Positions 8,758 to 18,663 of a stretch of 33,084 bases of DNA are shown piece after piece. A program made the translations under genes and the position numbers. The notes beneath the pieces are model-generated. The model ran no database searches and was not told where the DNA came from. It saw only the letters and a list, made by a program, of their open reading frames with translations. This DNA is from an uncultured Dechloromonas sp. Lineage in GTDB: Bacteria; Pseudomonadota; Gammaproteobacteria; Burkholderiales; Rhodocyclaceae. Location: the NCBI GenBank assembly GCA_964422345.1, contig CAYRBE010000002.1, forward strand, positions 1 through 33,084, in the 5' to 3' direction. How positions within the stretch are numbered: position 1 is the first letter of the stretch; each line of letters opens with the position of its first letter.

Positions 8758-9002
8758 CCGCCAAAGCCCGCCTGCCCCTCGACTTCATACGCCCCGGCGA
8801 AGAAGTCCGCCTGATCGAACTGGGCCACGAAATCGACCCACACCAACAGGAACAATTAACTGCCTACGGCCTAAGCAAAAATCGCCCGATCAAGGTACTC
8901 CAGCAACGACCGATGACAGTCATTCTTGCTGACGAAGTTGAGTTGGCGCTTGAATATGCTGTAGCCCGACATATCTGGGTAGAAAAAATTAACAACGCAT
9001 AA
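8754..9002 (+). CDS. feoA: FeoA-family SH3-like protein
   Basis: LDFIRPGEEVRL...LTAYGL...IKVL...ELALEYAVARHIWVE; ATGA overlap with the feoB stop. Confidence 0.85.
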   Translation: MTAKARLPLDFIRPGEEVRLIELGHEIDPHQQEQLTAYGLSKNRPIKVLQQRPMTVILADEVELALEYAVARHIWVEKINNA

Positions 9003-9107
9003 TCTATCCAAAGCAATGCGACATATGAAAAAAGAGTCGCAATGTAGCGCTCGAACAGAGCAGAGAAGAATGGCAATTTAGTAGACAACAAGGCCGCAGA
9101 ACCTGAT

Positions 9108-9136
9108 GAAAACCCCTTAATTACGGGTTTTCTTTG
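9108..9136 (+). terminator. Possible intrinsic terminator after feoA
   Basis: GAAAACCC...GGGTTTTC followed by TTTG. Confidence 0.45.
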
Positions 9137-9197
9137 TCTGCTTAGCAACAATTGTCCATTTACTAATGAACTAAGCACCAATTACATAAATGAGCTA

Positions 9198-9226
9198 TTG
9201 GCATTTACCCAAAAGTAGCGCATAGT
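9198..9226 (+). promoter_or_regulatory. Putative sigma70 promoter of cspA (long 5' UTR)
   Basis: TTGGCA, 17 bp, CATAGT. This gives a leader of about 130 nt, typical of csp genes. Confidence 0.45.
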
Positions 9227-9364
9227 GGCGACGTCGTGAATTAAGTGCTGTTGCTATATGTTGTTTCGGTATCCAACTTTGTTGTGCTGCTCCAAACATC
9301 GCGCTGCATTTTTGTTCGGCATAGTAATGGGGTTCGCCCCTTCAACAATTTGGAGATTTAAGAT

Positions 9365-9568
9365 ATGGCAACAGGTACCGTCAAGTGGTTCAATGATTCC
9401 AAGGGCTTCGGCTTTATTTCACCGGACCAAGGTGGTGAAGATCTTTTCGCTCACTTTTCTGCGATCACCGGCAATGGTTTCAAAACCTTGACCGAAGGTC
9501 AAAAAGTTAGCTTTGATGTAACCACTGGCCCTAAAGGTCAGCAGGCTAGCAACATCACCCCAGCTTAA
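9365..9568 (+). CDS. cspA: Cold-shock protein
   Basis: GTVKWFN, RNP1 KGFGFI, RNP2 LFAHFS; GGAG RBS. Exact paralogue name is uncertain. Confidence 0.96.
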   Translation: MATGTVKWFNDSKGFGFISPDQGGEDLFAHFSAITGNGFKTLTEGQKVSFDVTTGPKGQQASNITPA

Positions 9569-9609
9569 GTAATTAGGGTACTGCCCGAACATGCTCGTGA
9601 GAGCAAAGT

Positions 9610-9636
9610 AAAAAGCCGCACTTGATGCGGCTTTTT
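9610..9636 (+). terminator. Rho-independent terminator
   Basis: AAAAAGCCGCA-CTTGA-TGCGGCTTTTT. Confidence 0.9.
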
Positions 9637-9699
9637 AACGCCTGGCGTTTATGACCTCAGAGTCCACGCTACACACTCAATAGATTCAAGGTCACAGTC

Positions 9700-10092
9700 A
9701 TGAAATCAGTCATCAGAGCATTCTTCAAAACGCTACGCATCATCCTTGGTCCTTTCATGCTAATCGGTGAATTCATTACCCGGCCCAAACGTTTGGTGCG
9801 CGCGGATGGCGAACAGGCAACAGTTGATCAGCAATGCGAGAACTTGGCGCTATATCAATACAAAACCTGCCCCTTCTGTATCAAGGTACGTCAGGAAATG
9901 CATCGGCTAGCGCTGAATATTGAACGGCTCGACGCTCAGCATCCCGGAGAAAACCGCGATGCGCTAATCAACCAAGGTGGACAAGCCAAAGTACCATGCC
10001 TACGCATTACTGACACGGCGGGCAATACCCAATGGCTTTACGAGTCCGGCGAAATTATCAAATATCTACAAAAGCGCTTCGCCAGCACCTGA
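9700..10092 (+). CDS. Glutaredoxin / GST N-terminal-like protein
   Basis: CPFC active site, KVPCL cis-Pro motif, LYESGEII; amphipathic/hydrophobic N-terminal extension. Confidence 0.88.
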   Translation: MKSVIRAFFKTLRIILGPFMLIGEFITRPKRLVRADGEQATVDQQCENLALYQYKTCPFCIKVRQEMHRLALNIERLDAQHPGENRDALINQGGQAKVPCLRITDTAGNTQWLYESGEIIKYLQKRFAST

Positions 10093-10151
10093 TCGACAGT
10101 GCTACGGTGCACGGCCAAAAATGGCAAAAAACAAATAATGGTTTAAGCAGA

Positions 10152-12362
10152 TCAGGCTGAGCGATCAGCCAGCCACTGCATCAAGGCATCCGAACTCATA
10201 GGTTTTGCGTACAGGAAACCCTGCGCCATATGGCACCCCATACCGCGCAAAAAACCTGCCTGCTCTTCGGTTTCCACACCTTCAGCAACGATGCTCATAC
10301 CCAGCTTTTGGCCCAGCGCCACAATGGTTTCGGCAAACATACCGCCTTTGCCACCACTGATTTCCTTAATGAAAGCCCGGTCAATTTTCAAGCAGTCGAT
10401 CGGCAGTTCACGCAAATGCGCCAATGATGAATAACCTGTGCCGAAATCATCAATCGCGATTTTCACACCAACCTCACGTACCGCAGCAAGACTGGCAGTA
10501 ACCACTTTAGGTTCGTCCATCGCGACACTTTCGGTCACCTCCAGCTCCAAACCGCCGCGCGGTATGCCGTAGCTCGCCATCAATTCGCTGACCCGGCCAA
10601 CAAACCCGCCCTGCCGGAACTGCGGCATGCTGACATTGACCGCCACTGAAAATCGGCCCGGTACAAGACGGGCAAAATCACTGTATGACCGGCAGGCCTC
10701 TTCAAGCACCCAATCGCCCAATTCAACAATCAGACCGGAATACTCCGCCAAGGGAATAAAGACATCGGGCGTCTGAACAAAACCGCCCCCAACCGATGGC
10801 CAGCGCAACAAGGCTTCGACCCCGACACAAGCGCCACCGGACATCGCTATCTTGGGCTGATACCAGACCTGAAGCGTCCCCTCTTCAAAATCATGGCGCA
10901 GGCGATGAATAATTTCCAAACGCCAGCGCGGCGCATCTTCCATCTCCGGCACGAAATACTCGTAGCTCGCCTGCATGCTGCGCTTGGCCCGATTCAAGGC
11001 AATATTGGCTGATTTAAGTAATGCCAACCCGGAACGTTCTTCACCCAGCAAACGACAGAAGCCCAAGGTCAGCGAAGTCGGCAAGCGAACGTCACCCACC
11101 ACCAAAGGCTTAGAGAAAATCTCGAATAACCTGCTTGGATTAACATCAGCTTCCGGGCCGATCATCCCGAAAACATCCGCCCCGACGCGTGCCAGATGAC
11201 AACGATCTCCAGCGGCCTCCTGCAAACGGGCTGCAAAAGCGCACAGCACCGAGTTACCCAAGTCATGCCCAAGACCATCATTCAAATCAGAAAAATGCCG
11301 TAAATCGACCAGCGCAACCACTGCCGGCTGCGCGGCTTGCGCCGTCAAATCAAGATCACGAATAAAACCAGTGCGATTTGGCAAACCAGTCAAGCTATCG
11401 TGATACGCCACATAATTCAGCTTTTCGAGCAAACGAACGTTACCGTAACTAGGCACCAGATTGGCTGCAAACACCCCGAGCAATTGCCGGTCAGTCAGAC
11501 TCAGCCCATGGTGATGATGCAGATAAATCGCCCCTTCGCGGTCTTCTCCACACAAATTGATCACGGTGGCGCGTTCACCGCAGTAATGGCCTTTAGCTCG
11601 CACACACTCGGTCATTGCCGTCAACATTTCCGGCATATCGAGTGCATCCAGACGGCGGGACATCTGCCCGGCCCATTGACCCACTGCACCCAACACAACC
11701 CAGCTGGCAATCGCATTTGTCTCAGTGACTGGCGTAGGCCGAACTGCAACCAAACCATCCAGCGGCTGTTGCAACAATTGTGACAAATAGCCCAGCGTCT
11801 GCTTGGCAAAATGTTCCAGAACCGAGATTTCCATCAAGTCACCGGCTGCATGCACAATGACCTCAAGACCGCGTTGATTTTCAGCGACCATGCGGATCTG
11901 ACCATACGAGCGAATAGCAGCAGAAACTGCCGTCAATAAACGGGTCTGGGTGAGTTCGTTTTTGGTGCGGTAATCATTGATATCGTAGCGATTGAAGACA
12001 TCGACCTCAGGCGCATAACCGGGCTGCCCAGTGCGCATGATGATGCGTACTTCTGACATCGCCATTTCCTGACGAATAAAGCTGACCATCACCAAGCCAG
12101 CATCCTGGGTCTCCATCACCACATCGAGCAGGATGACGGCAAAATCACGATCGGTATGGAGCAAAGCGCGCGCCTCGGCGGCGGAATAAGCACTGACAAC
12201 CTCAATAGCGCGATCCATGAAACGGAACTCACTCAACGCATATTTGGTTGCCGCGTGAACTTCGTGATCATCATCAACCACCAGAAGCCGCCAGACCGGG
12301 TGATTTTCAGCACCCGTATCCAGTTCATCTTCAAAAATCGGGATCAGATCATCGTCATTCAT
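10152..12362 (-). CDS. Response regulator REC-(DUF3369-like)-degenerate GGDEF-EAL phosphodiesterase
   Basis: LLVVDDD, LLDVVME, RTGQPG; DSLTGLPNR with GADVF replacing GGDEF; intact EALLRW and DDFGTGYSSL. ATG 12362 overlaps the end of the upstream kinase gene. Confidence 0.9.
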   Translation of the reverse strand: MNDDDLIPIFEDELDTGAENHPVWRLLVVDDDHEVHAATKYALSEFRFMDRAIEVVSAYSAAEARALLHTDRDFAVILLDVVMETQDAGLVMVSFIRQEMAMSEVRIIMRTGQPGYAPEVDVFNRYDINDYRTKNELTQTRLLTAVSAAIRSYGQIRMVAENQRGLEVIVHAAGDLMEISVLEHFAKQTLGYLSQLLQQPLDGLVAVRPTPVTETNAIASWVVLGAVGQWAGQMSRRLDALDMPEMLTAMTECVRAKGHYCGERATVINLCGEDREGAIYLHHHHGLSLTDRQLLGVFAANLVPSYGNVRLLEKLNYVAYHDSLTGLPNRTGFIRDLDLTAQAAQPAVVALVDLRHFSDLNDGLGHDLGNSVLCAFAARLQEAAGDRCHLARVGADVFGMIGPEADVNPSRLFEIFSKPLVVGDVRLPTSLTLGFCRLLGEERSGLALLKSANIALNRAKRSMQASYEYFVPEMEDAPRWRLEIIHRLRHDFEEGTLQVWYQPKIAMSGGACVGVEALLRWPSVGGGFVQTPDVFIPLAEYSGLIVELGDWVLEEACRSYSDFARLVPGRFSVAVNVSMPQFRQGGFVGRVSELMASYGIPRGGLELEVTESVAMDEPKVVTASLAAVREVGVKIAIDDFGTGYSSLAHLRELPIDCLKIDRAFIKEISGGKGGMFAETIVALGQKLGMSIVAEGVETEEQAGFLRGMGCHMAQGFLYAKPMSSDALMQWLADRSA

Positions 12363-14517
12363 AGAATACTTTCTCTTCAGCCTGATGTACTTTTGCCACC
12401 AGCGGGAGTTTAAGCAAAAACGCGGTACCGGCCGCTGGTGTGCTGTGCATGAATACTTCACCATCCAGCGCAGCGGTTACCAAATTATAGACAAGATACA
12501 AGCCTAATCCACTCCCACCACTACCCATTCGCGTCGTAAAAAATGGTTCGAAGGCTCGGGCAGCAGTTGCAGCATCCATCCCCCTGCCATTATCACTAAA
12601 TTCAATCTCAACCAAAGCCCCATCAAGCCGCGCCGAAATACTCATGGTACCCGGCGTGTCATCAACAAAAGCATGCAAAAGCGCGTTATTGACCAGATTG
12701 AGAATTACTTGATCAAGCGGCCCTGGATAACTATCCATATTAATACCCGCCGGCACATTGATCGCCAAGTAATGCGGGCTATGCTTGAGACGCGGATGCA
12801 AAGTGGTATAAACATCCTGAACCAAATCTGCCAGATCAAACCTGCGCCGACGCGCACTGGTCTGATCCACCGCAACTTGCTTGAAAGTCGTTATCAACTC
12901 AGCAGCCCGTCCGGCATTGCGCTCGATTGATTCAGCCGCCTCATTGGCCCCCTGAACAAAACCATCCAACACCGAGCGACGCAGCCCCCCATTCAAGACG
13001 GCGTCCGAAAACACCTTAACTCGCCCATGTAAAGTGGTTGCCATCGTCAACATATTCCCGATGGGCGTATTTAGCTCATGCGCCACCCCTGCCACCAAAT
13101 TACCCAGTGCAGCGAGTTTTTCAGCATGGGCCAACTGCTTCATGGCACGTTTCAAATCCTCATTGGCAGAAGCCAGCTCGGCGGTGCGTGCCTCAACGCG
13201 AATTTCAAGATCTTCCGTCAATTTTCCGGCCTCAGCTTCAGCCTGTTTGCGCTCGGTAATGTCGACCAGCGTTTCAATTGCGCCAATCACCTTGCCGTCG
13301 GCGTTACGCAGTGGCGAAGCGCTAAAGTAAAGCCAGCGCCCGCCTTGATCCCCCATGTGAGGGAAGAAGCCTTCACTTTCGAAAGCCTCGGGATTAAATG
13401 GTGAGCGCCGGCAGCTATCACCGTAATAGCCCCGCACTACGCCTTCATCTCCCCCTGCCACAATCAAGTTCGCCATCACCGGCCGGGGTGAAGGATAGAA
13501 AGGCCGCCACAGATCACTGTGACCAAGCATGGATTCCGCTGACACACCGAGCACCTGCTCACAAGCAGGGTTCCACAAAACAATTTTTTGCGCCTCATCG
13601 ATCACAAAAATCGGCAATGGGCTACTCAGTATCACCTGAGCCAAACGCCCTTCACTTTCGCGCAAGGCAGATTCGGCCCGGCGTAAGGTAGTCACATCCT
13701 GTAGCGTACCGATCAGACCCGAAACGTTTTGCTGCGAATCGCGGAATGTCGCCTTCTGGAAGATCACATTTCTCAGCTCGTTACCGGGCACGACCACTTG
13801 CGACTCATACACCTGAATTTCATTAGGCAATGCAAATAAAGCTTCATCTGCGGCCCGGTAACGCGCAGCCAAGTCTGGCCGCCAGATTTCCTCTGGCGTC
13901 TTTCCAACATAATCCTCACGTTTAACCCCGAGAAAATTCAGATAAGCCCGATTTGCCCCGAGATAACGTCCGGCTCTATCTTTATAAAAGACAGGAATCG
14001 GCAATGCTTCCATCAACGCTTGAAGAAACTGCGATTGTTCGTCGGCGAAATGCTGAATCAACTGAAGCGAGGCCTGTTGCCGCTTTTTTTCAGTGAGGTC
14101 GGCAACCATTCCCAAATACCCGTCAACCTCTCCGGCAGCGTTGATTAACGGTGTAATCGACAGCAATACGTCAAATGTGCTGCCATCCTTACGAATGTAG
14201 GTCCACTCGTGTTCGTTCGGTAAGCCACGACGTGACTTAGCTATAAAAACATCAAAGCCCGGCTCGATTTCCTCACCCAGCTCAGCAGAAAAACTGGCAG
14301 CACGTGCGACAACCTCCTCCGGCAAATGAAAAGGCGCGGGGGTCAATTTGCCGATCACTTCATTTGCGGCATATCCCAGCATTGCTTCTACGGCACGATT
14401 GAATACTGTAATCACACCGTCTGTATCGGTTGCAATAATGCCGTAAGCAGAATGATCCAGAATGGCCGCGTGAAGCTGTGCTTCCCGATCAAATGCGGAT
14501 GTGTGTGAACGGCTCAT
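12355..14517 (-). CDS. Cytoplasmic sensor histidine kinase with three PAS domains
   Basis: Three PAS/PAC repeats, H-box GVAHELNTP, N-box NLVNNA, DNGRG, PFFTT, GSGLGL; no TM segment seen. Confidence 0.92.
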   Translation of the reverse strand: MSRSHTSAFDREAQLHAAILDHSAYGIIATDTDGVITVFNRAVEAMLGYAANEVIGKLTPAPFHLPEEVVARAASFSAELGEEIEPGFDVFIAKSRRGLPNEHEWTYIRKDGSTFDVLLSITPLINAAGEVDGYLGMVADLTEKKRQQASLQLIQHFADEQSQFLQALMEALPIPVFYKDRAGRYLGANRAYLNFLGVKREDYVGKTPEEIWRPDLAARYRAADEALFALPNEIQVYESQVVVPGNELRNVIFQKATFRDSQQNVSGLIGTLQDVTTLRRAESALRESEGRLAQVILSSPLPIFVIDEAQKIVLWNPACEQVLGVSAESMLGHSDLWRPFYPSPRPVMANLIVAGGDEGVVRGYYGDSCRRSPFNPEAFESEGFFPHMGDQGGRWLYFSASPLRNADGKVIGAIETLVDITERKQAEAEAGKLTEDLEIRVEARTAELASANEDLKRAMKQLAHAEKLAALGNLVAGVAHELNTPIGNMLTMATTLHGRVKVFSDAVLNGGLRRSVLDGFVQGANEAAESIERNAGRAAELITTFKQVAVDQTSARRRRFDLADLVQDVYTTLHPRLKHSPHYLAINVPAGINMDSYPGPLDQVILNLVNNALLHAFVDDTPGTMSISARLDGALVEIEFSDNGRGMDAATAARAFEPFFTTRMGSGGSGLGLYLVYNLVTAALDGEVFMHSTPAAGTAFLLKLPLVAKVHQAEEKVFYE

Positions 14518-14707
14518 CGTGCTACGCCACCACCGTATCCGAGAGTTTATGGAATCCGCTCACCCGCATGCCCCATTTCTGTATTTATCATTGAATAATG
14601 CGCCAGAAGGCTTGCGGCAACAATAGTTTGAGCGATATTTTTGGTGGAAATTTGAACCTTGCTTGCCTACAATGGTCTGTCTAGGCATTCGAAAAACGGA
14701 GAAAAAA

Positions 14708-15193
14708 ATGAAGGGCGATAAAAAAATAATCGACATCCTCAACAGCCTGCTGGCTGGCGAGTTGACTGCTGTCGACCAGTACCTGATTCACGGCGAAATG
14801 TATGCCGACATGGGCCTGAGCCAACTGGCCGAGAAATCCATCCACGAATCCGACCATGAGCGCCAGCACGCCCGCGCTTTGATTCAGCGTATCCTTTTCC
14901 TGGAAGGCAAACCTGACCTCAGCAAACGTGAAGCCATGAAAATTGGCAAAACCGTGCCTGAAATGCTGAAGGCTGACCTCGCGCTTGAATATAAGGTCGA
15001 TGGCGAATTGAAAAAAGCCATGGCTGCCTGTGAAAAAGCACAGGATTACGTCAGCCGCGACATGCTCGGCGTCCAACTCGAAGACACCGAAATGGACCAC
15101 GCTTACTTCCTTGAAAAACAGTTGAAGCTAATCGAACTCGTCGGCCTGCAAAACTACCAGCAAAGCCAGATGTCTTCTGGCAACCCGGCCTGA
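14708..15193 (+). CDS. bfr: Bacterioferritin subunit, ferroxidase-type (heme ligand Met52 absent)
   Basis: MKGDKK start, E18, Y25, E51, H54, E94, DTEMDH; position 52 is Arg. Confidence 0.92.
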   Translation: MKGDKKIIDILNSLLAGELTAVDQYLIHGEMYADMGLSQLAEKSIHESDHERQHARALIQRILFLEGKPDLSKREAMKIGKTVPEMLKADLALEYKVDGELKKAMAACEKAQDYVSRDMLGVQLEDTEMDHAYFLEKQLKLIELVGLQNYQQSQMSSGNPA

Positions 15194-15203
15194 GGATAGC
15201 GCG

Positions 15204-15686
15204 ATGAAAGGCGACAAAAAAATTATTGAAGCACTGAACAAGGTGCTTAAAAACGAACTCACCTCAATCAACCAGTATTTCCTGCATGCCCGCATGTTCA
15301 AGAACTGGGGGCTGGAGAAGTTGAACGACTACCAGTACAAGCAATCGATCCGCGTCATGAAGGAAGCAGATAAAGTCATCGAGCGCGTACTCTTTCTGGA
15401 AGGCCTGCCTAATCTGCAGAATCTGGGCAAACTGATGATTGGTGAAAACGTCGTTGAATGCTTGAGCAGCGACCTAAAGTACGAACGCGAAACCCAGCGC
15501 CCGCTGCTGATCGAAAGCATTGCCCTGTGCGAAGAACTACAGGACTACGTCAGCCGCGAGCTACTGGAAGACTTGCTTGAGCACTGCGAAGGCGCGATCG
15601 ACTGGCTGGAAACCCAACAAAGCCTGATCGAAAACGTCAGCTTGCCAAACTATTTACAGGCTCATATGGAACCTGGCGAAGACTAA
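15204..15686 (+). CDS. bfr: Bacterioferritin subunit, heme-binding type (degenerate ferroxidase centre)
   Basis: [24 protein letters not shown]; Met52 kept, but E51>V and H54>E, and EEGH is replaced by CEGA. Confidence 0.92.
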   Translation: MKGDKKIIEALNKVLKNELTSINQYFLHARMFKNWGLEKLNDYQYKQSIRVMKEADKVIERVLFLEGLPNLQNLGKLMIGENVVECLSSDLKYERETQRPLLIESIALCEELQDYVSRELLEDLLEHCEGAIDWLETQQSLIENVSLPNYLQAHMEPGED

Positions 15687-15706
15687 GCCCTTCAGTCTCC
15701 AGCCCG

Positions 15707-15735
15707 AAAGCCACAGCTCTGCCTGTGGCTTTTTT
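15707..15735 (+). terminator. Rho-independent terminator
   Basis: AAAGCCACAG-CTCTGC-CTGTGGCTTTTTT. Confidence 0.9.
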
Positions 15736-15857
15736 GTTTTACCAAATTGGCATTTTATTTTCCGGTCAGTATGCTAATCTACATAAAACACAAAGGCATA
15801 AAATAATGCCACCCCAAAGGAGACTAGCTTGCAAACACTATGCAATGCCCGTGAGGT

Positions 15858-18662
15858 TTGTTTTTGTCAGCGCCCAAGATAAAAGGCACGCTGGCGAATC
15901 AGATCACAGCCTATTTTGTCGGGCTGTTTCTCCTTGCAATCAGCCTGATATTGATACTTTGGTATCTTGGCCTGCCATTTTTTGGCATGCTTGGCGCTAG
16001 GGATCAAGTGCTTGAAAATGCAATAAATACACTTGAGTCATATGCCGACCATCAGCAGAGAAAAATTCTCGACAACCTGATTGAACGTCAGGCGGACACC
16101 CTGATTATTTCGGAAAACAAAAGCCTAAACCGGCAAATACAAAACCGTTCAGCCGGTTTGCAGAAAGATGTTGAACGGGTCTTTGATCGCCTGGTTCGAA
16201 TTCGCCCAGATCGTTATCAGGCAATGTATTTCCTTGACCCACGAAATGGCGAAATATTCGCTTCAGATAGCCTGAACGTCTCACTCCCGCCACCACCTGA
16301 ATTAGTTCGCCAGATTGTCAAAGCGAAAAAACAGGAAGTGGTTTTCGATTTCGCTGGCTCAGAAAAACTCGGGATAGCGATTGCCGGCAAAGTCATGGCA
16401 CTCGACGCCGATGGCCACCCTACCGACAAATTAATCAGCATCGTCATTAACCTGATCGACCCGGAGCACCTTGTTAGCTCACGTGCAAACCCGGCATCCC
16501 ATACCATCACCCTGCTTAATCAACAAGGCAAAGTTCTTTCTAGCAACGCCCGCTCAGGCACCCCACAAATTGATATCAACAGTTTTGAGAAGAACTTCGA
16601 AGGCGCAATGGAAGGCAGTGATGCGGCGGGTAACAGGCTTTTACTATCCATCCGGAAAATCCCGCTTTCTGACACACAGCACTGGACACTCGTTCTGGCG
16701 CAAGACAAAGCGATTTCCCTGAATACGGTGCAACAACGCCTATGGACGTTCTGCTTCATTGGCTTGAGCATCACGCTGGTCGCACTATTCATGATCATTA
16801 CGCTTTCGCGCCGGCTGACCGCGCCCTTAAGCAAGTTGGCCAATACCGCGAAAGAAATGCGTGATGGAAACTTCTCAAGCCGCGCCACAATTTCTCCCGA
16901 CGACAGCAGCGAAATCATCGAACTCGCTCAAGGGATGAATCTGGCTGCGACAAGTTTTCAGCGCTCGCAAGAAACACTCGAGAGTAAAGTCGTCGAGCGA
17001 ACCAATGCGCTGGCTCATGAGCGGGATACTGCCCAGCGTTATCTCGACATTGCGGGCGTCATGTTCATCGTGCTGGATCTGGATGGCAAGACCCGGCTAA
17101 TAAACCGTAAATGCTCAGAAATACTTGGTTTATCTGAAGAAAACGTCGTCGGCCAGAACTGGATTGATCTATTTATCCCAATCCGGCAACGCGCTGCGCT
17201 CAGGAATGTTTTTAACGGACTGATTTCAGGCGATACCCGCCTGATTGAGTTCAATGAAAATTACATTCTGAATGCTAATAACGACGAGCGCCTGATTGCT
17301 TGGAATAACGTCCTGCTCCGCGACGAAACCGGAAAAATCACCGGCATTCTATCGTCCGGCACCGACATTACCGATCAGCGGCAAGCGGAAACCGAGCTAA
17401 ACCAATATCGTGACGAACTAGAACAAAGGGTAGAGGAGCGCACCTCGGAATTATTGGCTGCAAAAGATCAGGCTGAATCAGCGAGTCGCGCCAAGAGCGC
17501 TTTCCTGGCCAATATGAGCCACGAGTTGCGGACACCGATGAACGCCATCATTGGCATGAGCTATATCCTCGGCCGCAACTGTACCGAACCTGAGCAGCAT
17601 GAAAAGCTCAACAAAATCAGCAGCGCAGCGAAACACTTATTGGGTCTGCTCAATGACGTACTTGATCTCTCCAAAATAGAAGCTGACCGACTAACGCTAG
17701 AAAGCACCTCGCTAAATATCCCGGATATATTCAACGATATAAATGCGCTGATCAGCGAGCGACTCGATGCCAAAGGTCTAACATTGAGACAAATTATCGC
17801 CCCCGACTTGCAGAAGCTAGCACTGATCGGCGATCCGCTACGCCTGCAACAGGTATTGCTCAATTTTGTTGGCAACGCGCTCAAATTTACCGAGCAAGGT
17901 GGCATTTCGATCAGCGCCAGTATCAAAGAATCAAACCCTGACTACACCCTTGCCTATTTTGAAGTGACAGATACCGGCATAGGCATCACGCCTGAAGCAC
18001 AGGAACGGCTTTTTACCTCATTCGTTCAGGCCGACAGTTCAACCACACGCAAATATGGTGGCACAGGTCTTGGTTTGGCGATCAGCAAGCGTCTGATCGA
18101 ACTCATGGGCGGTGAAGTCGGCATTCGCAGCGCGCCGGGTGCTGGCAGCACATTCTGGTTCACCACCCGCTTCACGCCGGATACCGCGGTGAATCAGCCC
18201 CACCCTGCGGCCACAGTTTCCGCCAGTGAAGCAGAAGAGAGACTGCGTACCGAATTTAGTAAAACGCGCATCCTGCTGGCCGAAGATGATCCGATCAATC
18301 AGGAAGTCGCCGATGAATTGCTCCACGTAACCCTTGGTTTAAGCGTCGATATCGCCAGTGATGGCGAACAGGCAGTTGAAATGGCGGCTCGCCATTGTTA
18401 CGACCTGATATTGATGGATGTTCAGATGCCCAAACTGGATGGTTTGGCGGCCACTCAGATCATACGCAAGCTAGCCGGGCGTGAAGCCACGCCCATTCTC
18501 GCGATGACCGCAAATGCTTTTGAAGAAGACCGCAGGAAATGTCTCGAAGCAGGCATGAGTGACTTTATTGCCAAGCCGGTGAATCCTGACCAACTCTTCA
18601 TTAAGCTGCTTCAATGGCTTGAAGTGCCGCCGGCCAATCGCTCAGCCTGCATGCCGGAATAA
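15858..18662 (+). CDS. Membrane hybrid histidine kinase (periplasmic Cache-like sensor, HAMP, PAS, HisKA, HATPase, REC)
   Basis: Two TM helices, [46 protein letters not shown]. Start codon uncertain. Confidence 0.92.
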   Translation: MFLSAPKIKGTLANQITAYFVGLFLLAISLILILWYLGLPFFGMLGARDQVLENAINTLESYADHQQRKILDNLIERQADTLIISENKSLNRQIQNRSAGLQKDVERVFDRLVRIRPDRYQAMYFLDPRNGEIFASDSLNVSLPPPPELVRQIVKAKKQEVVFDFAGSEKLGIAIAGKVMALDADGHPTDKLISIVINLIDPEHLVSSRANPASHTITLLNQQGKVLSSNARSGTPQIDINSFEKNFEGAMEGSDAAGNRLLLSIRKIPLSDTQHWTLVLAQDKAISLNTVQQRLWTFCFIGLSITLVALFMIITLSRRLTAPLSKLANTAKEMRDGNFSSRATISPDDSSEIIELAQGMNLAATSFQRSQETLESKVVERTNALAHERDTAQRYLDIAGVMFIVLDLDGKTRLINRKCSEILGLSEENVVGQNWIDLFIPIRQRAALRNVFNGLISGDTRLIEFNENYILNANNDERLIAWNNVLLRDETGKITGILSSGTDITDQRQAETELNQYRDELEQRVEERTSELLAAKDQAESASRAKSAFLANMSHELRTPMNAIIGMSYILGRNCTEPEQHEKLNKISSAAKHLLGLLNDVLDLSKIEADRLTLESTSLNIPDIFNDINALISERLDAKGLTLRQIIAPDLQKLALIGDPLRLQQVLLNFVGNALKFTEQGGISISASIKESNPDYTLAYFEVTDTGIGITPEAQERLFTSFVQADSSTTRKYGGTGLGLAISKRLIELMGGEVGIRSAPGAGSTFWFTTRFTPDTAVNQPHPAATVSASEAEERLRTEFSKTRILLAEDDPINQEVADELLHVTLGLSVDIASDGEQAVEMAARHCYDLILMDVQMPKLDGLAATQIIRKLAGREATPILAMTANAFEEDRRKCLEAGMSDFIAKPVNPDQLFIKLLQWLEVPPANRSACMPE

Positions 18663-18663
18663 G

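Noticed and set aside
9017-9041. Inverted repeat TGCGAC-N13-GTCGCA after feoA, vaguely RegA/PrrA-like
   Set aside because: Only 6-bp arms, long spacer and far from the predicted cspA promoter; may be chance.
9258-9491. 77-aa ORF overlapping the cspA leader
   Set aside because: Out of frame with cspA and has no motif; the region is better explained as 5' UTR.
14581-14603. AT-rich near-palindrome CATTGAATAATG upstream of bfr as a Fur box
   Set aside because: Too poor a match compared with the boxes at hemP and bfd.
14708-15230. Repeated ATGAA(G/A)GGCGA(T/C)AAAAAAAT at the two bfr starts as a DNA repeat
   Set aside because: Explained by paralogous coding sequence (MKGDKKII).
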